Part shown: positions 15,963-25,572 of the stretch, one piece after another | Position numbering within the stretch: the first letter of the stretch is position 1 | How the letters are laid out: each line of letters opens with the position of its first letter | IMG/VR virus record: IMGVR_UViG_3300044700_000691 | Coordinates: 1 to 64,000 of that record | DNA length: 64,000 nucleotides | Strand: one strand, 5' to 3' | Translations under genes and position numbers: made by a program | Notes under the pieces: generated by a model | Database searches by the model: none | The model's input: only the letters and a program-made list of their open reading frames with translations | What the model was told of the DNA's origin: nothing

Positions 15963-16364
15963 TTATAATTTAGAACCTGTGTAGTGGATAACACTTTCCA
16001 TATTGGATATGTGCAATACTACGGCAGTCGTGTTATTATCTGTAGTAAAGAATTCAATATTGTAGAATTTACCAGATAAATCGTTGATTACAAAAAGCTT
16101 AATAGTAGTTTCGGTAAATCCAGTTGAAGTAGTTAGGACCCGATAGTTAGTTTCTTTACCAATATCGTCAGTTAATACTACACAGCTGTCAGTGATTAAG
16201 GCCGATGATTTAGTGTTAATTTGATTACTCCATACTAAATATCCATTAACTTTACTAACACTTGCAGTTTCAACTGCACTTAAACTTAAGTTAATTTCGG
16301 TAGTTTGCGAAAATACTGTGATTGACGCTAAACAGGTTAAGATAGTTAAAATTTGCTTTTTCAT
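15963..16364 (-). CDS. secreted beta-rich protein with signal peptide
   Basis: MKKQILTILTCLASITVFSQ (Bacteroidota-style signal ending before Q). Confidence 0.75.
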   Translation of the reverse strand: MKKQILTILTCLASITVFSQTTEINLSLSAVETASVSKVNGYLVWSNQINTKSSALITDSCVVLTDDIGKETNYRVLTTSTGFTETTIKLFVINDLSGKFYNIEFFTTDNNTTAVVLHISNMESVIHYTGSKL

Positions 16365-16399
16365 ATTAAATCTAATTTTGGTTAAATTTAATATACTAA

Positions 16400-16771
16400 C
16401 TACTCTGCGCCTTTGGCAAGTTCATATTGTTTTAGGAATTCCCAAGTAGATTCATGAGAATAGCAAATAGGTTCGCCATTTTCGTCATGTGCTCCCCACC
16501 TGTCCCCTTCGACTTTAACCATTTTGCCATCGACCTTTTTATAACTTGGGGTTTTGCTAAAATCTTTGGTGCCAAAGTCAGCTTCCCACATAAACCAGGT
16601 TAGCCAGTCGACACCCTCGGGAGTCCAGATTTCACCCAATAGGTTATGGATGATTGTACTATAAGGATCAGTAAAATCAATCAGGTCGACCCCTAATTTA
16701 TTGAGGTCTTCTAATTGTCTAGAGGTCTTTTGTAGACCCAGTGTCAGTTTTAAGAAATTTTCGTATGTCAT
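16400..16771 (-). CDS. hypothetical protein, 123 aa
   Basis: ORF in operon. Confidence 0.75.
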   Translation of the reverse strand: MTYENFLKLTLGLQKTSRQLEDLNKLGVDLIDFTDPYSTIIHNLLGEIWTPEGVDWLTWFMWEADFGTKDFSKTPSYKKVDGKMVKVEGDRWGAHDENGEPICYSHESTWEFLKQYELAKGAE

Positions 16772-17007
16772 GATTTATTATAAATTTTTTCTTCTAAAAA
16801 TTTTAAGAGTAGTCTCTTGTCTGCAAATGATAGCCGATCCGCTACTGCTAAATCAAGCTCATCTTCAGTTGCAGTTTCGCATAGTAGATCCAATTCATCT
16901 TCACTAATTCGGCAAGTCTCCTTAATTAGGGAATCAAATAGCCCAAACATGCCGCCTTGTCGGTCTTCACCTAGGTCAACTCCCTTTCTTGATAGTCTAG
17001 TCTTCAT
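16768..17007 (-). CDS. hypothetical protein, 79 aa
   Basis: ORF with 4-nt overlaps. Confidence 0.7.
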   Translation of the reverse strand: MKTRLSRKGVDLGEDRQGGMFGLFDSLIKETCRISEDELDLLCETATEDELDLAVADRLSFADKRLLLKFLEEKIYNKS

Positions 17008-17612
17008 GCTGATATGTATAAAATTGTTGGATTATCTTTATGTACATCAACCTCTGGAAATTCTTCCTTAAATTTTTGTAGATTAAATGGTCGACAAATA
17101 ATATGAACTCCGCTGCGAGTCTTAATAAAATCCATTCGTGGTTCTCCACCAATTTCAAGCTGTAGTTCAATAATCTTTTCTCTTAATGCAATCATATCAG
17201 GGCTATGATTAAATCCATCAAGCGAAATATTGTCAATATCAATTATCCAACTTTTGTTAGGTTCATTTGAGTAGGCTCCACAAACTGATTCATAAGCTTT
17301 ACGAACAGACCTAAAATCCCTGTTCATAATTTGATCAGTTATTTTCTTTAGGGTATGAAAAGCCATCCTTTCAAATGATCGACGATTAAGATTAATACAG
17401 GCTCGCGCTCCATGAAAATCGCAAAGTGCAATAATTTCTGGGCCAACTTTGGCTAAGTGGTCATGGGACTTAATATAATATGTCTTGACCACAAGCGAAT
17501 TTGATCCAATTTCTGGATGGTCCTTTTTACGCTTGATAATTTGTAGATGATAGAAATCATCATCACTTCGGAATTGAAGTAGCTTGGAAATTTGGCTAAA
17601 ATTATTAGTCAC
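17004..17612 (-). CDS. archaeo-eukaryotic primase (prim-pol)-like protein
   Basis: WIIDID (motif I) and KTRSGVHII (motif II). Confidence 0.55.
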   Translation of the reverse strand: MTNNFSQISKLLQFRSDDDFYHLQIIKRKKDHPEIGSNSLVVKTYYIKSHDHLAKVGPEIIALCDFHGARACINLNRRSFERMAFHTLKKITDQIMNRDFRSVRKAYESVCGAYSNEPNKSWIIDIDNISLDGFNHSPDMIALREKIIELQLEIGGEPRMDFIKTRSGVHIICRPFNLQKFKEEFPEVDVHKDNPTILYISA

Positions 17613-17923
17613 TAGTCATCTATTTTAAAGGTTAAGACCTTCCAGTTAAAGTTAAACCAAACTTTAATCCAGATTAGGTCGAATCCAATATACCAACTTG
17701 GCGATAGGTTTGACTTGGCAAACATCGCCTTACCCTTTTTACGGGTGCCGACTGCCATGTCTTTTTTAAACCAAATACCTAACTGATAACGTCGATGCCA
17801 TAGTGTAATGTCATCCATCATTTTGGTTGAGTATTCAGAATTTCGGTAATTTTCCCACTTGTGACGAATTACCATGGTCGCTTTAAAGTGACCTAAATTA
17901 AGTGATTTAACTATGCCAGCCAT
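17612..17923 (-). CDS. hypothetical Trp-rich protein
   Basis: ORF in operon. Confidence 0.7.
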   Translation of the reverse strand: MAGIVKSLNLGHFKATMVIRHKWENYRNSEYSTKMMDDITLWHRRYQLGIWFKKDMAVGTRKKGKAMFAKSNLSPSWYIGFDLIWIKVWFNFNWKVLTFKIDD

Positions 17924-18321
17924 TGATTAGTTAGTTGTATTAATAAGTATGAAAGTTTATATCCAGTAAAAGCACCCAGTGCACTAGGAATTGGAAACAC
18001 TACCAATTTACCAAGGTCAGTTACATATTTAGGTCGATTGACAATTCGGCCCATATAAAAATAATAGGTAATATAGCCGATAAAAACGGCAAGGTCTGTT
18101 CGCGTTGCAATAAACACCACTAGGGTAGCACCAATAAATCCAAAGAGAAAATTATCTCTTACCCCTTCCCAAACCTCAGCCGGACTAGCCTCTTGCCAAT
18201 CCCTGACAATTTGCTGTATTTTTGTTTTCTTTTTCATCTTAAATCGTGGATCGAGTTTTGTTACGATCGGTATATTTGCACCTTTAATCCTGTGCCACAG
18301 TTCCCAGTTAATGATCGACAT
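17911..18321 (-). CDS. membrane protein (about 3 TM)
   Basis: hydrophobic segments; GTATAATA box upstream. Confidence 0.7.
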   Translation of the reverse strand: MSIINWELWHRIKGANIPIVTKLDPRFKMKKKTKIQQIVRDWQEASPAEVWEGVRDNFLFGFIGATLVVFIATRTDLAVFIGYITYYFYMGRIVNRPKYVTDLGKLVVFPIPSALGAFTGYKLSYLLIQLTNQWLA

Positions 18322-18378
18322 GTTTTATTATACACAAATTAGGCTATTTGATCCTCTATTGCGCAAATAAATATAATT

Positions 18379-18936
18379 ATGAAAGCACTAAAATTTAAAC
18401 AGTTTCTTAACGAAGGGGTCTTTGATTCTCCAGAAGAAGAAAAGATAAAGGCCAGACTAGGTGAATTAGGCCTGCGCCCTAAGCGTGAAATTGATTTAGA
18501 CGATCCAACTTCTTGGCAAGGTCTACACTCAAATTGTTGTGGAGCTCAATTTAATTTAAACTACGGCGTTTGTTCAGACTGCGGCGATTTTGCAACTCCA
18601 GAAGAAGCTGACGCCGATTATGAAGGAGGCGACGTATATGAAAGTGAAGAGGATTCTGCTAAAATTGAAGACCGCCTTAGAGACCTAGGGCTTGCGCCTA
18701 AGGAAGAATTTGACGAGCGTTGGGATAATATGATAGACGAGTGGGGTAGCGATCCAGAAATTGACCAAGCAATCCAAGCTCTTAGAAGAAAAACTAGCGA
18801 AATTATCAATAAGCATATTGATTTTGGCGATCCGGAGGACGAAGTAGAGTGGGACCAACGCCGTGAATGGATGAACGAACAAGGTGTTGACGATCTTGGC
18901 GAACTAGAATTTATGATTGTACAAGGTAACTACTAA
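18379..18936 (+). CDS. putative capsid-internal acidic protein with internal duplication and Cys cluster
   Basis: leader MKALKFKQFLNE; RLGELGLRPK and RLRDLGLAPK repeats; SNCCGA...CSDCGD. Confidence 0.8.
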   Translation: MKALKFKQFLNEGVFDSPEEEKIKARLGELGLRPKREIDLDDPTSWQGLHSNCCGAQFNLNYGVCSDCGDFATPEEADADYEGGDVYESEEDSAKIEDRLRDLGLAPKEEFDERWDNMIDEWGSDPEIDQAIQALRRKTSEIINKHIDFGDPEDEVEWDQRREWMNEQGVDDLGELEFMIVQGNY

Positions 18937-19151
18937 TTCTTTACTGGCACCTTTCGTGCAACTTGTGGTTTTTCTATCTGTATTCTAATAGTATCGCCAG
19001 CCTGGTGTGCAGTTCTACAATACACAGTTCCTTCAATACAGGTTTCTGCATCATATACACTATATTGGTATGTACCTTGAAAATCTGGTGTACCTGAGCC
19101 AGATGTTACTACTAAAACCAAATACGTAAAAAGTTTTCCTAATTCTATCAT
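18933..19151 (-). CDS. small exported protein
   Basis: hydrophobic N-terminus; GTATAATA box upstream. Confidence 0.6.
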   Translation of the reverse strand: MIELGKLFTYLVLVVTSGSGTPDFQGTYQYSVYDAETCIEGTVYCRTAHQAGDTIRIQIEKPQVARKVPVKN

Positions 19152-19222
19152 AATTCTATTATACCTAATGTCAGACTAATAGTACTAGATCTGGATAAAT
19201 AACTACAAATAGGATAAATTCA

Positions 19223-19852
19223 ATGTCATACTTTAAAAAATTTGGTGCATTTATCAATGAAGACGAATCTTCCGAAGAGAAATTGGCCAAGCTTGCTAGA
19301 TTAAAGGAACTTGGTTTACTTGATACAGATCAATATAGACAAGATTCCAAGAATATCCGAAAGGATGCAATGCTTTCGGCTACGTCTAGAGGCGAACACG
19401 CAGGAACAGCGCTTCCGGAAATTAGAGAAGTTTTAGATTCACCAGAAGCTCAATTACTAAAGGCCAAAGGTCTTGCAGTAGTTTCAAGCCCAACTCAACT
19501 CTTAAATGGTACCCTTGTTTGGGCAAAACCGGGTTATACAAGATCAACTGGTTGGGGTATAGGATTTTTTCCCGGTCCAAGTAAAATTCGCAGAATGACT
19601 CCTAAAGGAATTAATATTGGAGTATGGGGCCGCCGTATAGGTTCAATGGATATCGAAATGAAAGCTATCCCAAAATCAGCGTACTCGAATGAAACTGAAT
19701 TTTATAGAGTTGCAATGAAATGGGCAGCTGAACATATTGATTGGGATCAATTGGAAATGGCTGAAAGAAAGAGTCGTGAAGATTGGAGATATTATGTAAA
19801 AGGAAAAACTAAACAAGGTTATTTTAACGATGAGAATAATAGAATCATTTAA
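19223..19852 (+). CDS. putative capsid-internal protein
   Basis: leader MSYFKKFGAFINE; RLKELGL motif. Confidence 0.8.
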   Translation: MSYFKKFGAFINEDESSEEKLAKLARLKELGLLDTDQYRQDSKNIRKDAMLSATSRGEHAGTALPEIREVLDSPEAQLLKAKGLAVVSSPTQLLNGTLVWAKPGYTRSTGWGIGFFPGPSKIRRMTPKGINIGVWGRRIGSMDIEMKAIPKSAYSNETEFYRVAMKWAAEHIDWDQLEMAERKSREDWRYYVKGKTKQGYFNDENNRII

Positions 19853-21461
19853 TAGCTGGAAACGTTCGAGCAGACTCTTAACTGAGAATGTTCAGGCAGC
19901 TAAGCAATATATGTTAAAACGTTTTGCACAAGCAAAAGGAATTGAAGTTTCTGAAATTGCGCCAGAGGATCAGGCTAGAGTTTTTGCAAATGAAGATTAT
20001 AAAAAAGTTCTTCAGTTAATTCAGCCACTTCCTGGATATGCTTCAACCTTTGTTAAATTTAAATTTGACCACCGAGTTTCATTTGAACAGTTGCAGCAAT
20101 TGCTTGATAAAATCAAAGCAAATTCCCAATTTCTTGGAGAATTATCAATTCCACTTATTGAGTTTCCAAATCAAGATAAAGTAAATGGAGTTCCTGCATT
20201 TGAAGCCTTAATGGATGAGTTTAGTCAAATTGAAACTCGCCGTAAATCAAAATGGATTCTTAACGAATTGCCAGGAAATTTACGTAGAGCTGCTAGAGAA
20301 TTACCAAAAGAAGACTTACAGAGACTATTTAATGCAGCAACAATCATGAATGATTTAGGTCAAGAAGTTAAAGTGCGTCTCTTAAAGAAAGCAAAAGCTT
20401 TTACTAATCCAATTGATTTTATTGTTTATGCTGAAAGCTATGTTAAAGGTTACCTAAATTCTGATGTTCAAAGTAAAATTGATAAATTAGAAGAATTAGA
20501 ACCAGAAGGTTCTGTAATTTATGCAGATGATCGCTACTTAATGTTAAGTGCCCGAACTGAAAAAGCTCAAAAGGAATTATGTTCAGTTGCAAGTTGGTGT
20601 ATTAACAGAGGAAGTTTTAATAATAGTTCATATGGCGGAGGCGCTGTGCAAATTAATACATTTGATTTTGGTTTACCGCCAACTGATCCACGTCACCTAA
20701 TTGGAACAACTATTTCCTATGATGGTAAAGTTACATATAGTCATGATATTAATGATAAAAGTGTTAAACAAACTGACGATATTACTAAACACTTTAACCA
20801 GTTTGGCTATCCAGAAAAATTAATCAAAACCTTAATTACAGTATTTCCAATTGAAGCAATGATTAAAAAGGTAATTACTGAATTAAACCTTGATAAAAAA
20901 TCTCCAATCCAAGTATTGGAATCAGTTATTAAGGCAAGTTATAAAGTAAATCCAGAAGACGACCAAGAATCTGCTAGAGTAATTCTTAATATCCTAATGG
21001 AAAGAATTGCACCAGCAGTTAAGGAAGAAGAGATTGTTACTCTATATATGAAGTTTGGTGTAATGTCAATTTTCTCTGCTAAACTATTTAATATGTTACT
21101 TCCAAATATTAATCCTCAAACCAAAGCTGAGGTTATTCAAAATGCAAAGGCAATTTTAGATGAGATTAAAGGTTATGCCAGTACTGGATTATTTAAATAT
21201 CCACAATTACTAAATGCCGTTAAGAGTGAACCTAAAATTTTAGAACTACTTGGTGAAAGTATTGTAAATGAGTTCTATGCAGCTGAACCTGCAATTAAAG
21301 AGCCAGTAACTAAACCTAAAGTAACACCAAGACCAGGGCCAATCCCAACTAAAAAACCATCAGTTAAGCCTGAACCAAGCGCAACTGCTGAAGATGTTAT
21401 TAAGAGGTTTGAAATGGAATTAAAAAAATTAGGTACTACACCAAAGGAATTCCTTAAGTAA
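19830..21461 (+). CDS. large putative capsid-internal protein, 543 aa (helical, with WC motif)
   Basis: leader MRIIESFNSW...LLTE; ELCSVASWCI; Pro/Lys-rich linker. Confidence 0.8.
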   Translation: MRIIESFNSWKRSSRLLTENVQAAKQYMLKRFAQAKGIEVSEIAPEDQARVFANEDYKKVLQLIQPLPGYASTFVKFKFDHRVSFEQLQQLLDKIKANSQFLGELSIPLIEFPNQDKVNGVPAFEALMDEFSQIETRRKSKWILNELPGNLRRAARELPKEDLQRLFNAATIMNDLGQEVKVRLLKKAKAFTNPIDFIVYAESYVKGYLNSDVQSKIDKLEELEPEGSVIYADDRYLMLSARTEKAQKELCSVASWCINRGSFNNSSYGGGAVQINTFDFGLPPTDPRHLIGTTISYDGKVTYSHDINDKSVKQTDDITKHFNQFGYPEKLIKTLITVFPIEAMIKKVITELNLDKKSPIQVLESVIKASYKVNPEDDQESARVILNILMERIAPAVKEEEIVTLYMKFGVMSIFSAKLFNMLLPNINPQTKAEVIQNAKAILDEIKGYASTGLFKYPQLLNAVKSEPKILELLGESIVNEFYAAEPAIKEPVTKPKVTPRPGPIPTKKPSVKPEPSATAEDVIKRFEMELKKLGTTPKEFLK

Positions 21462-21462
21462 T

Positions 21463-22752
21463 ATGAAAACAATAAAACAATTTTTACAAGAGGCAAGTTT
21501 ACAGGGAAATCCTGGCACGCCTGGCGAATATTTAAAAGGAGTTGAACGCCGAGCAATGCAAGATGTTCAAGGTACTGAGCAGAGACTGGGCAGAGAAATG
21601 GGTCAGTTTATGCAGTTGGTTGGACAAGTTCAGCAAATGCAAACCCCTCAGGTTAAGGCTCAATTAGAAAAACTTGCAGAATATATTATTTTGCAACAGT
21701 ATGGTTCAATCTTGGGTCAAACTAAATTAATTATTAAATTTCCAAAAGAGGGAGAAATCCAACAAATGATGGAACCAGTTGAAATGGAAACACCAGCTGA
21801 CCAAAAGGAAATTACTGATGCAGGTACAATTGCCGCAATTAATAAACGTAAAATAGGCAATGCAATTATGCAGGGCGAAGCTAAAAATGCAAAACTTATG
21901 TTAGCTTTACCTGAAACTATGGATGGAATGATTAAGATTTTTGGACCAGCTGGTGCTGCAAAAATGATAGATCTTCTTAAGAAAATTACAGATATTGCAT
22001 CTGCACTTGATTGGAGAATTCCAATGGAAGTTCAAAAGCAGATGTGGGAACGAGATAAGAGTGGATTTAGTGGTTCAGTTGATGTTGATTGGAAACCAAT
22101 TAAGAATGACGAGCAAACTGCAGACGAAATCATTAAGTCCTTAGAGAGTGGAGATATCCAAACTCCAGAAATCGAAGATTCGCTTAATGAAATGGAACCT
22201 ACCATTACTGCACTTGGTACAGATTTTGCAATGTTATTACATGAAACAATTAAAGGTATTTACAAATTAATTGGTGCTGCTGCAATTCCCGAAGATGAAG
22301 AAGAGGCAGAAAAGGTGATTGCAAGTACTGGAACACTTAGCGATGAATTAGAAGATTTAAGATATGGGCCATATTTAGCGGCAGATCTTAGAGATTTTAT
22401 AAACAGATTTACAGATAACGTTGAGGTTGAAAATATTAGAGAACATGTATTTGGCAAACTAATGCAAATGGAATCTACGCAATTTTTACAGTTAATGAAA
22501 GAAATCTTTAGTGAAGATGCTGGAGCAACTGCAAAAATAAAAGATATTATTCTAGAAATTCAACAAGAGATAAAGGATTGGGAAAGAGGCCAATTTGATG
22601 AAGAGGTTCCAGATTTTGGAATGGCTCCTACTCAAAACGAACCAGCTGACCTATCACAATTAAGTAAAAGAGAAATTCAGGAATTACTGGATGCTGCTCT
22701 AGATGCAGGCGATTACGCTGAGGTTGGAAAACTTGCAAAATATTTAGATTAA
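21463..22752 (+). CDS. putative capsid-internal protein, 429 aa, with HE motif and C-terminal UVR-like helix pair
   Basis: leader MKTIKQFLQE (close to T4 MKTYQEFIAE); LLHETIKG; LDAALDAGDYAEVGKL. Confidence 0.8.
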   Translation: MKTIKQFLQEASLQGNPGTPGEYLKGVERRAMQDVQGTEQRLGREMGQFMQLVGQVQQMQTPQVKAQLEKLAEYIILQQYGSILGQTKLIIKFPKEGEIQQMMEPVEMETPADQKEITDAGTIAAINKRKIGNAIMQGEAKNAKLMLALPETMDGMIKIFGPAGAAKMIDLLKKITDIASALDWRIPMEVQKQMWERDKSGFSGSVDVDWKPIKNDEQTADEIIKSLESGDIQTPEIEDSLNEMEPTITALGTDFAMLLHETIKGIYKLIGAAAIPEDEEEAEKVIASTGTLSDELEDLRYGPYLAADLRDFINRFTDNVEVENIREHVFGKLMQMESTQFLQLMKEIFSEDAGATAKIKDIILEIQQEIKDWERGQFDEEVPDFGMAPTQNEPADLSQLSKREIQELLDAALDAGDYAEVGKLAKYLD

Positions 22753-22753
22753 T

Positions 22754-23389
22754 ATGAAAATTAAAAGATTTAATCAATTTATAAATGAAAGCGACGGTTA
22801 TCTAGAAGAACCAGCCGATTCAGCATTTAACGAAATCTTAGAACAAATTGCAGATGGTATGGATAGCTGGAGCGGTTACCGGGCATATCTAGATGAAAAT
22901 AATAGCACGCTACATATTGATCAGGATTGGAATATTGATGACCTAAACTTTCAGGGCGAAGAACCTAGGGTTTATGCAAGTTATGCAGTTAGACTTAGGC
23001 TTGCTTTTCAAGATGATGAATCCGAATTATCACCAGAATTAGTTAGACTTTGGAAATTGGGCTTAGCCCCAGTTACAGATTTAATTAAAGGATTTAACCA
23101 TTCATGGGCATTTCAAATTGATTCAAAGGACGTTTCGCAATTAGACATTGCCGATGGCGATTTAAGTAGTTATGAATTTATATCAATTGAAGATCTTACT
23201 GGCGGTTCCATGAATAATTTAGATGATATTGACTCTTTTTGTAGTGAACTTGTAGAAACTCTTAACGATTGGCGAGATGAAAATACTTGGATGTTACACG
23301 AGAGAGTTCAAGAAGAATTAGACGAAATCTCTGGACCAAATGAAGACGATGAAGAAGACGACGACGAAAAAGATCCTGATAAAGATTAA
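22754..23389 (+). CDS. very acidic putative capsid-internal protein
   Basis: leader MKIKRFNQFINE; D/E-rich; RLWKLGL motif. Confidence 0.8.
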   Translation: MKIKRFNQFINESDGYLEEPADSAFNEILEQIADGMDSWSGYRAYLDENNSTLHIDQDWNIDDLNFQGEEPRVYASYAVRLRLAFQDDESELSPELVRLWKLGLAPVTDLIKGFNHSWAFQIDSKDVSQLDIADGDLSSYEFISIEDLTGGSMNNLDDIDSFCSELVETLNDWRDENTWMLHERVQEELDEISGPNEDDEEDDDEKDPDKD

Positions 23390-23393
23390 GATA

Positions 23394-23478
23394 GTTGAGG
23401 TTTAATACCTCACTTTAGGACCGGGACTAGTTCACGGGTTGGGCAGAGAAAAGTTCGCTACTATCTCTGCCCTTTTTT
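23394..23478 (+). ncRNA. candidate structured RNA complementary to 23S rRNA H69-H70
   Basis: three hairpins; TTAGGACCG, TAGTT-C-ACGG and TTCGCTAC are reverse complements of the conserved 23S segment CCGUAACUAUAACGGUCCUAAGGUAGCGAA. Confidence 0.5.
23441..23478 (+). terminator. intrinsic terminator with a 14-nt loop
   Basis: GGGCAGAGA/TCTCTGCCC plus T6. Confidence 0.75.
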
Positions 23479-23959
23479 ATTTACGAGGTTCAGTGTTACC
23501 AATAAATTGGTTAAAGACATGTTGGACTAACCATGGTTCAACGTTTGGAATCATTTGTAAAAATTCAAGTTCCCATAAATAGCAGTCTGCCTCTTCTGCA
23601 CTACCGCTACTATAATTAATAGTATTAATAGAGATCCATAGGTGTTTGCTCTCGTGAACAATTACTGCAGCTATATTGTTTATTGAATTTAATTTAAAAT
23701 CATCCCTGGATATTACGATTGTACCCAGTTCACTTCCTTTGCCAGGTTGTGTAGTTGAAGTTTTTCCATTCCACATTGAAATATGATTGCACGATTCTTG
23801 AACCATTTGCCAATGCTTCGGCGAAGTTTTCTTAATTAAAACTAGAGCTGAATCAACTTTAGTCGACCAACTGTCTCCGCCTTTATCGACAACTATTTGA
23901 GCATTTGCCCAATTAGTTATAAAAAACAGGATAATTATAATTAAAAAATGTCTCAACAT
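23477..23959 (-). CDS. secreted zincin-like metallopeptidase
   Basis: signal peptide; IVHESKH...EEADCY. Confidence 0.7.
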   Translation of the reverse strand: MLRHFLIIIILFFITNWANAQIVVDKGGDSWSTKVDSALVLIKKTSPKHWQMVQESCNHISMWNGKTSTTQPGKGSELGTIVISRDDFKLNSINNIAAVIVHESKHLWISINTINYSSGSAEEADCYLWELEFLQMIPNVEPWLVQHVFNQFIGNTEPRK

Positions 23960-23963
23960 AGCT

Positions 23964-23992
23964 AAAAAAAGCCGAGGTTTTACGCTCGGCTC
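23964..23992 (-). terminator. intrinsic terminator
   Basis: AGCCGAG/CTCGGCT stem with a T run on the minus strand. Confidence 0.7.
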
Positions 23993-24003
23993 TAAATTTT
24001 TAA

Positions 24004-24627
24004 TTAAAGATCTTTTGGTTCTTTGCCGGTCGCTTTTCTTATAAAAGCAGCGGCTGCTGCTTCAGGATCCTTCGCCCAACCAAAATATTTTTTAGATTTT
24101 TGTTTAAAATCTTTTGAGCCAGCTTCCTGATCTCTAAGCATTTTTTTCATTTCTGCTTTTTTTAGATTTGGAAATTTCTTATCGGCATCCTTTAAAACTT
24201 CTGCTCTTTTCTTTTCTAAGATAATAAAGTCTGAGCACTTCATAACACGTCTACTTTCAAAACCATTGTAGGAGGGCTCGTCGTCTACTACAGAATCAAT
24301 CCATTGCTGTTTTTTCTGATTCGCTCTTTGCGCTTTTACTTCAGCCTGTTCTCTACGGCTATTATAACCAGTATCTTCGGCTGAAAGTTTTTTATGTAGA
24401 TCTAGTATTTTAATTGCAAGATCTTTTTTCATAGGGTGACCTTTTGGAAGTTCTCTAAGTTTAGCTTGTAGTGATTTTAGCTCAGCTTCATCACCAGATC
24501 CATACTCTGGTTCTTCTTTTTCAATTGGTTCAAACTCATCTGCAAAATCAAAGTTTGCAGCTGGAATTGTGTCAAAGTCGTCTGGGTTGAACTCCAGGTC
24601 GTCTTCTTCATGGAATCTAGGTTTCAT
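24004..24627 (-). CDS. hypothetical protein with acidic N-terminus and basic C-terminus
   Basis: internal CTS-like segment VMKCSDFIILE. Confidence 0.75.
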   Translation of the reverse strand: MKPRFHEEDDLEFNPDDFDTIPAANFDFADEFEPIEKEEPEYGSGDEAELKSLQAKLRELPKGHPMKKDLAIKILDLHKKLSAEDTGYNSRREQAEVKAQRANQKKQQWIDSVVDDEPSYNGFESRRVMKCSDFIILEKKRAEVLKDADKKFPNLKKAEMKKMLRDQEAGSKDFKQKSKKYFGWAKDPEAAAAAFIRKATGKEPKDL

Positions 24628-24703
24628 TGGAATAGACTCGTTATTTTAGTTTATCTATCTTAGTGACGATAAATAATAATGTAGTACAAGATAATTAAAC
24701 AAT

Positions 24704-25555
24704 ATGCAAAACATGCAAGTTAAACAATTTACTGACTGGATAACCGAAGCAATCGCACCAGCAAAGCCATATACAAAAAAACTGTCTGAGCTGAATCCTC
24801 AACGTAAATACATAGGTGATACTTATAATACAGACCTGTTTTTAAGGTTTAAGCACCTAGCCTCAATTCGTGATAAACACGGAAAAAGAATTGGAGTTGA
24901 GAAATGGTTTGAAATTGCGCAAATCGAAGACAAAGGATTTTATTCAGCCGCGTTAGCCGATCAAATGGGCCAGCCTGATGTTAGAGAATTATGGAGAGAC
25001 ATGATGGGTCGTAATGCAAGCAAAGTCAAGGGCCAAGTTAATTTTAAAGATCCATTTAAGGGAAACGAAGATACTGAAGATGAAGTTAGAGACCTAAGCC
25101 TTAGTGAAAGTATTGAAGAACCTATTACAATGTCAGCTCAACTGGATCCAAGCTGGACTCTAGTTATTACCTATCCAAATGATAGTTTATACAATACTAC
25201 TAAACCATACTTTGAAAAACTTGGAATTGCATTTGCCAATTTAGAAAATCAAACTATCTATTTTGATGGATCAGAGGTAAGCGAATCATATTTTACAAAG
25301 GATCATATGCTTGCGGTTGAGGCTCATGAAATTGGTCACTCAATTGCAAATCATCAAGGCGAACCTTACTATTCAACAAGACAGGAGCAGGAGGCAGATT
25401 GGCTTGGTATTAATCTATTAATTCAGCACAATAAAACAAAGGCTTCTAATCTATTAGCCGAAAGATTTAACCAACAATACAAAATGGATTACACAGAATT
25501 ATCTGATTCCGAGAAGCTTACTGAGTTCCTTGAAGATTACTTATCAGATAAATAA
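24704..25555 (+). CDS. putative capsid-internal protein with C-terminal zinc metallopeptidase domain
   Basis: leader MQVKQFTDWITE; AHEIGH...EQEAD. Confidence 0.75.
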   Translation: MQNMQVKQFTDWITEAIAPAKPYTKKLSELNPQRKYIGDTYNTDLFLRFKHLASIRDKHGKRIGVEKWFEIAQIEDKGFYSAALADQMGQPDVRELWRDMMGRNASKVKGQVNFKDPFKGNEDTEDEVRDLSLSESIEEPITMSAQLDPSWTLVITYPNDSLYNTTKPYFEKLGIAFANLENQTIYFDGSEVSESYFTKDHMLAVEAHEIGHSIANHQGEPYYSTRQEQEADWLGINLLIQHNKTKASNLLAERFNQQYKMDYTELSDSEKLTEFLEDYLSDK

Positions 25556-25572
25556 TAAAAAATCCTTTAATT

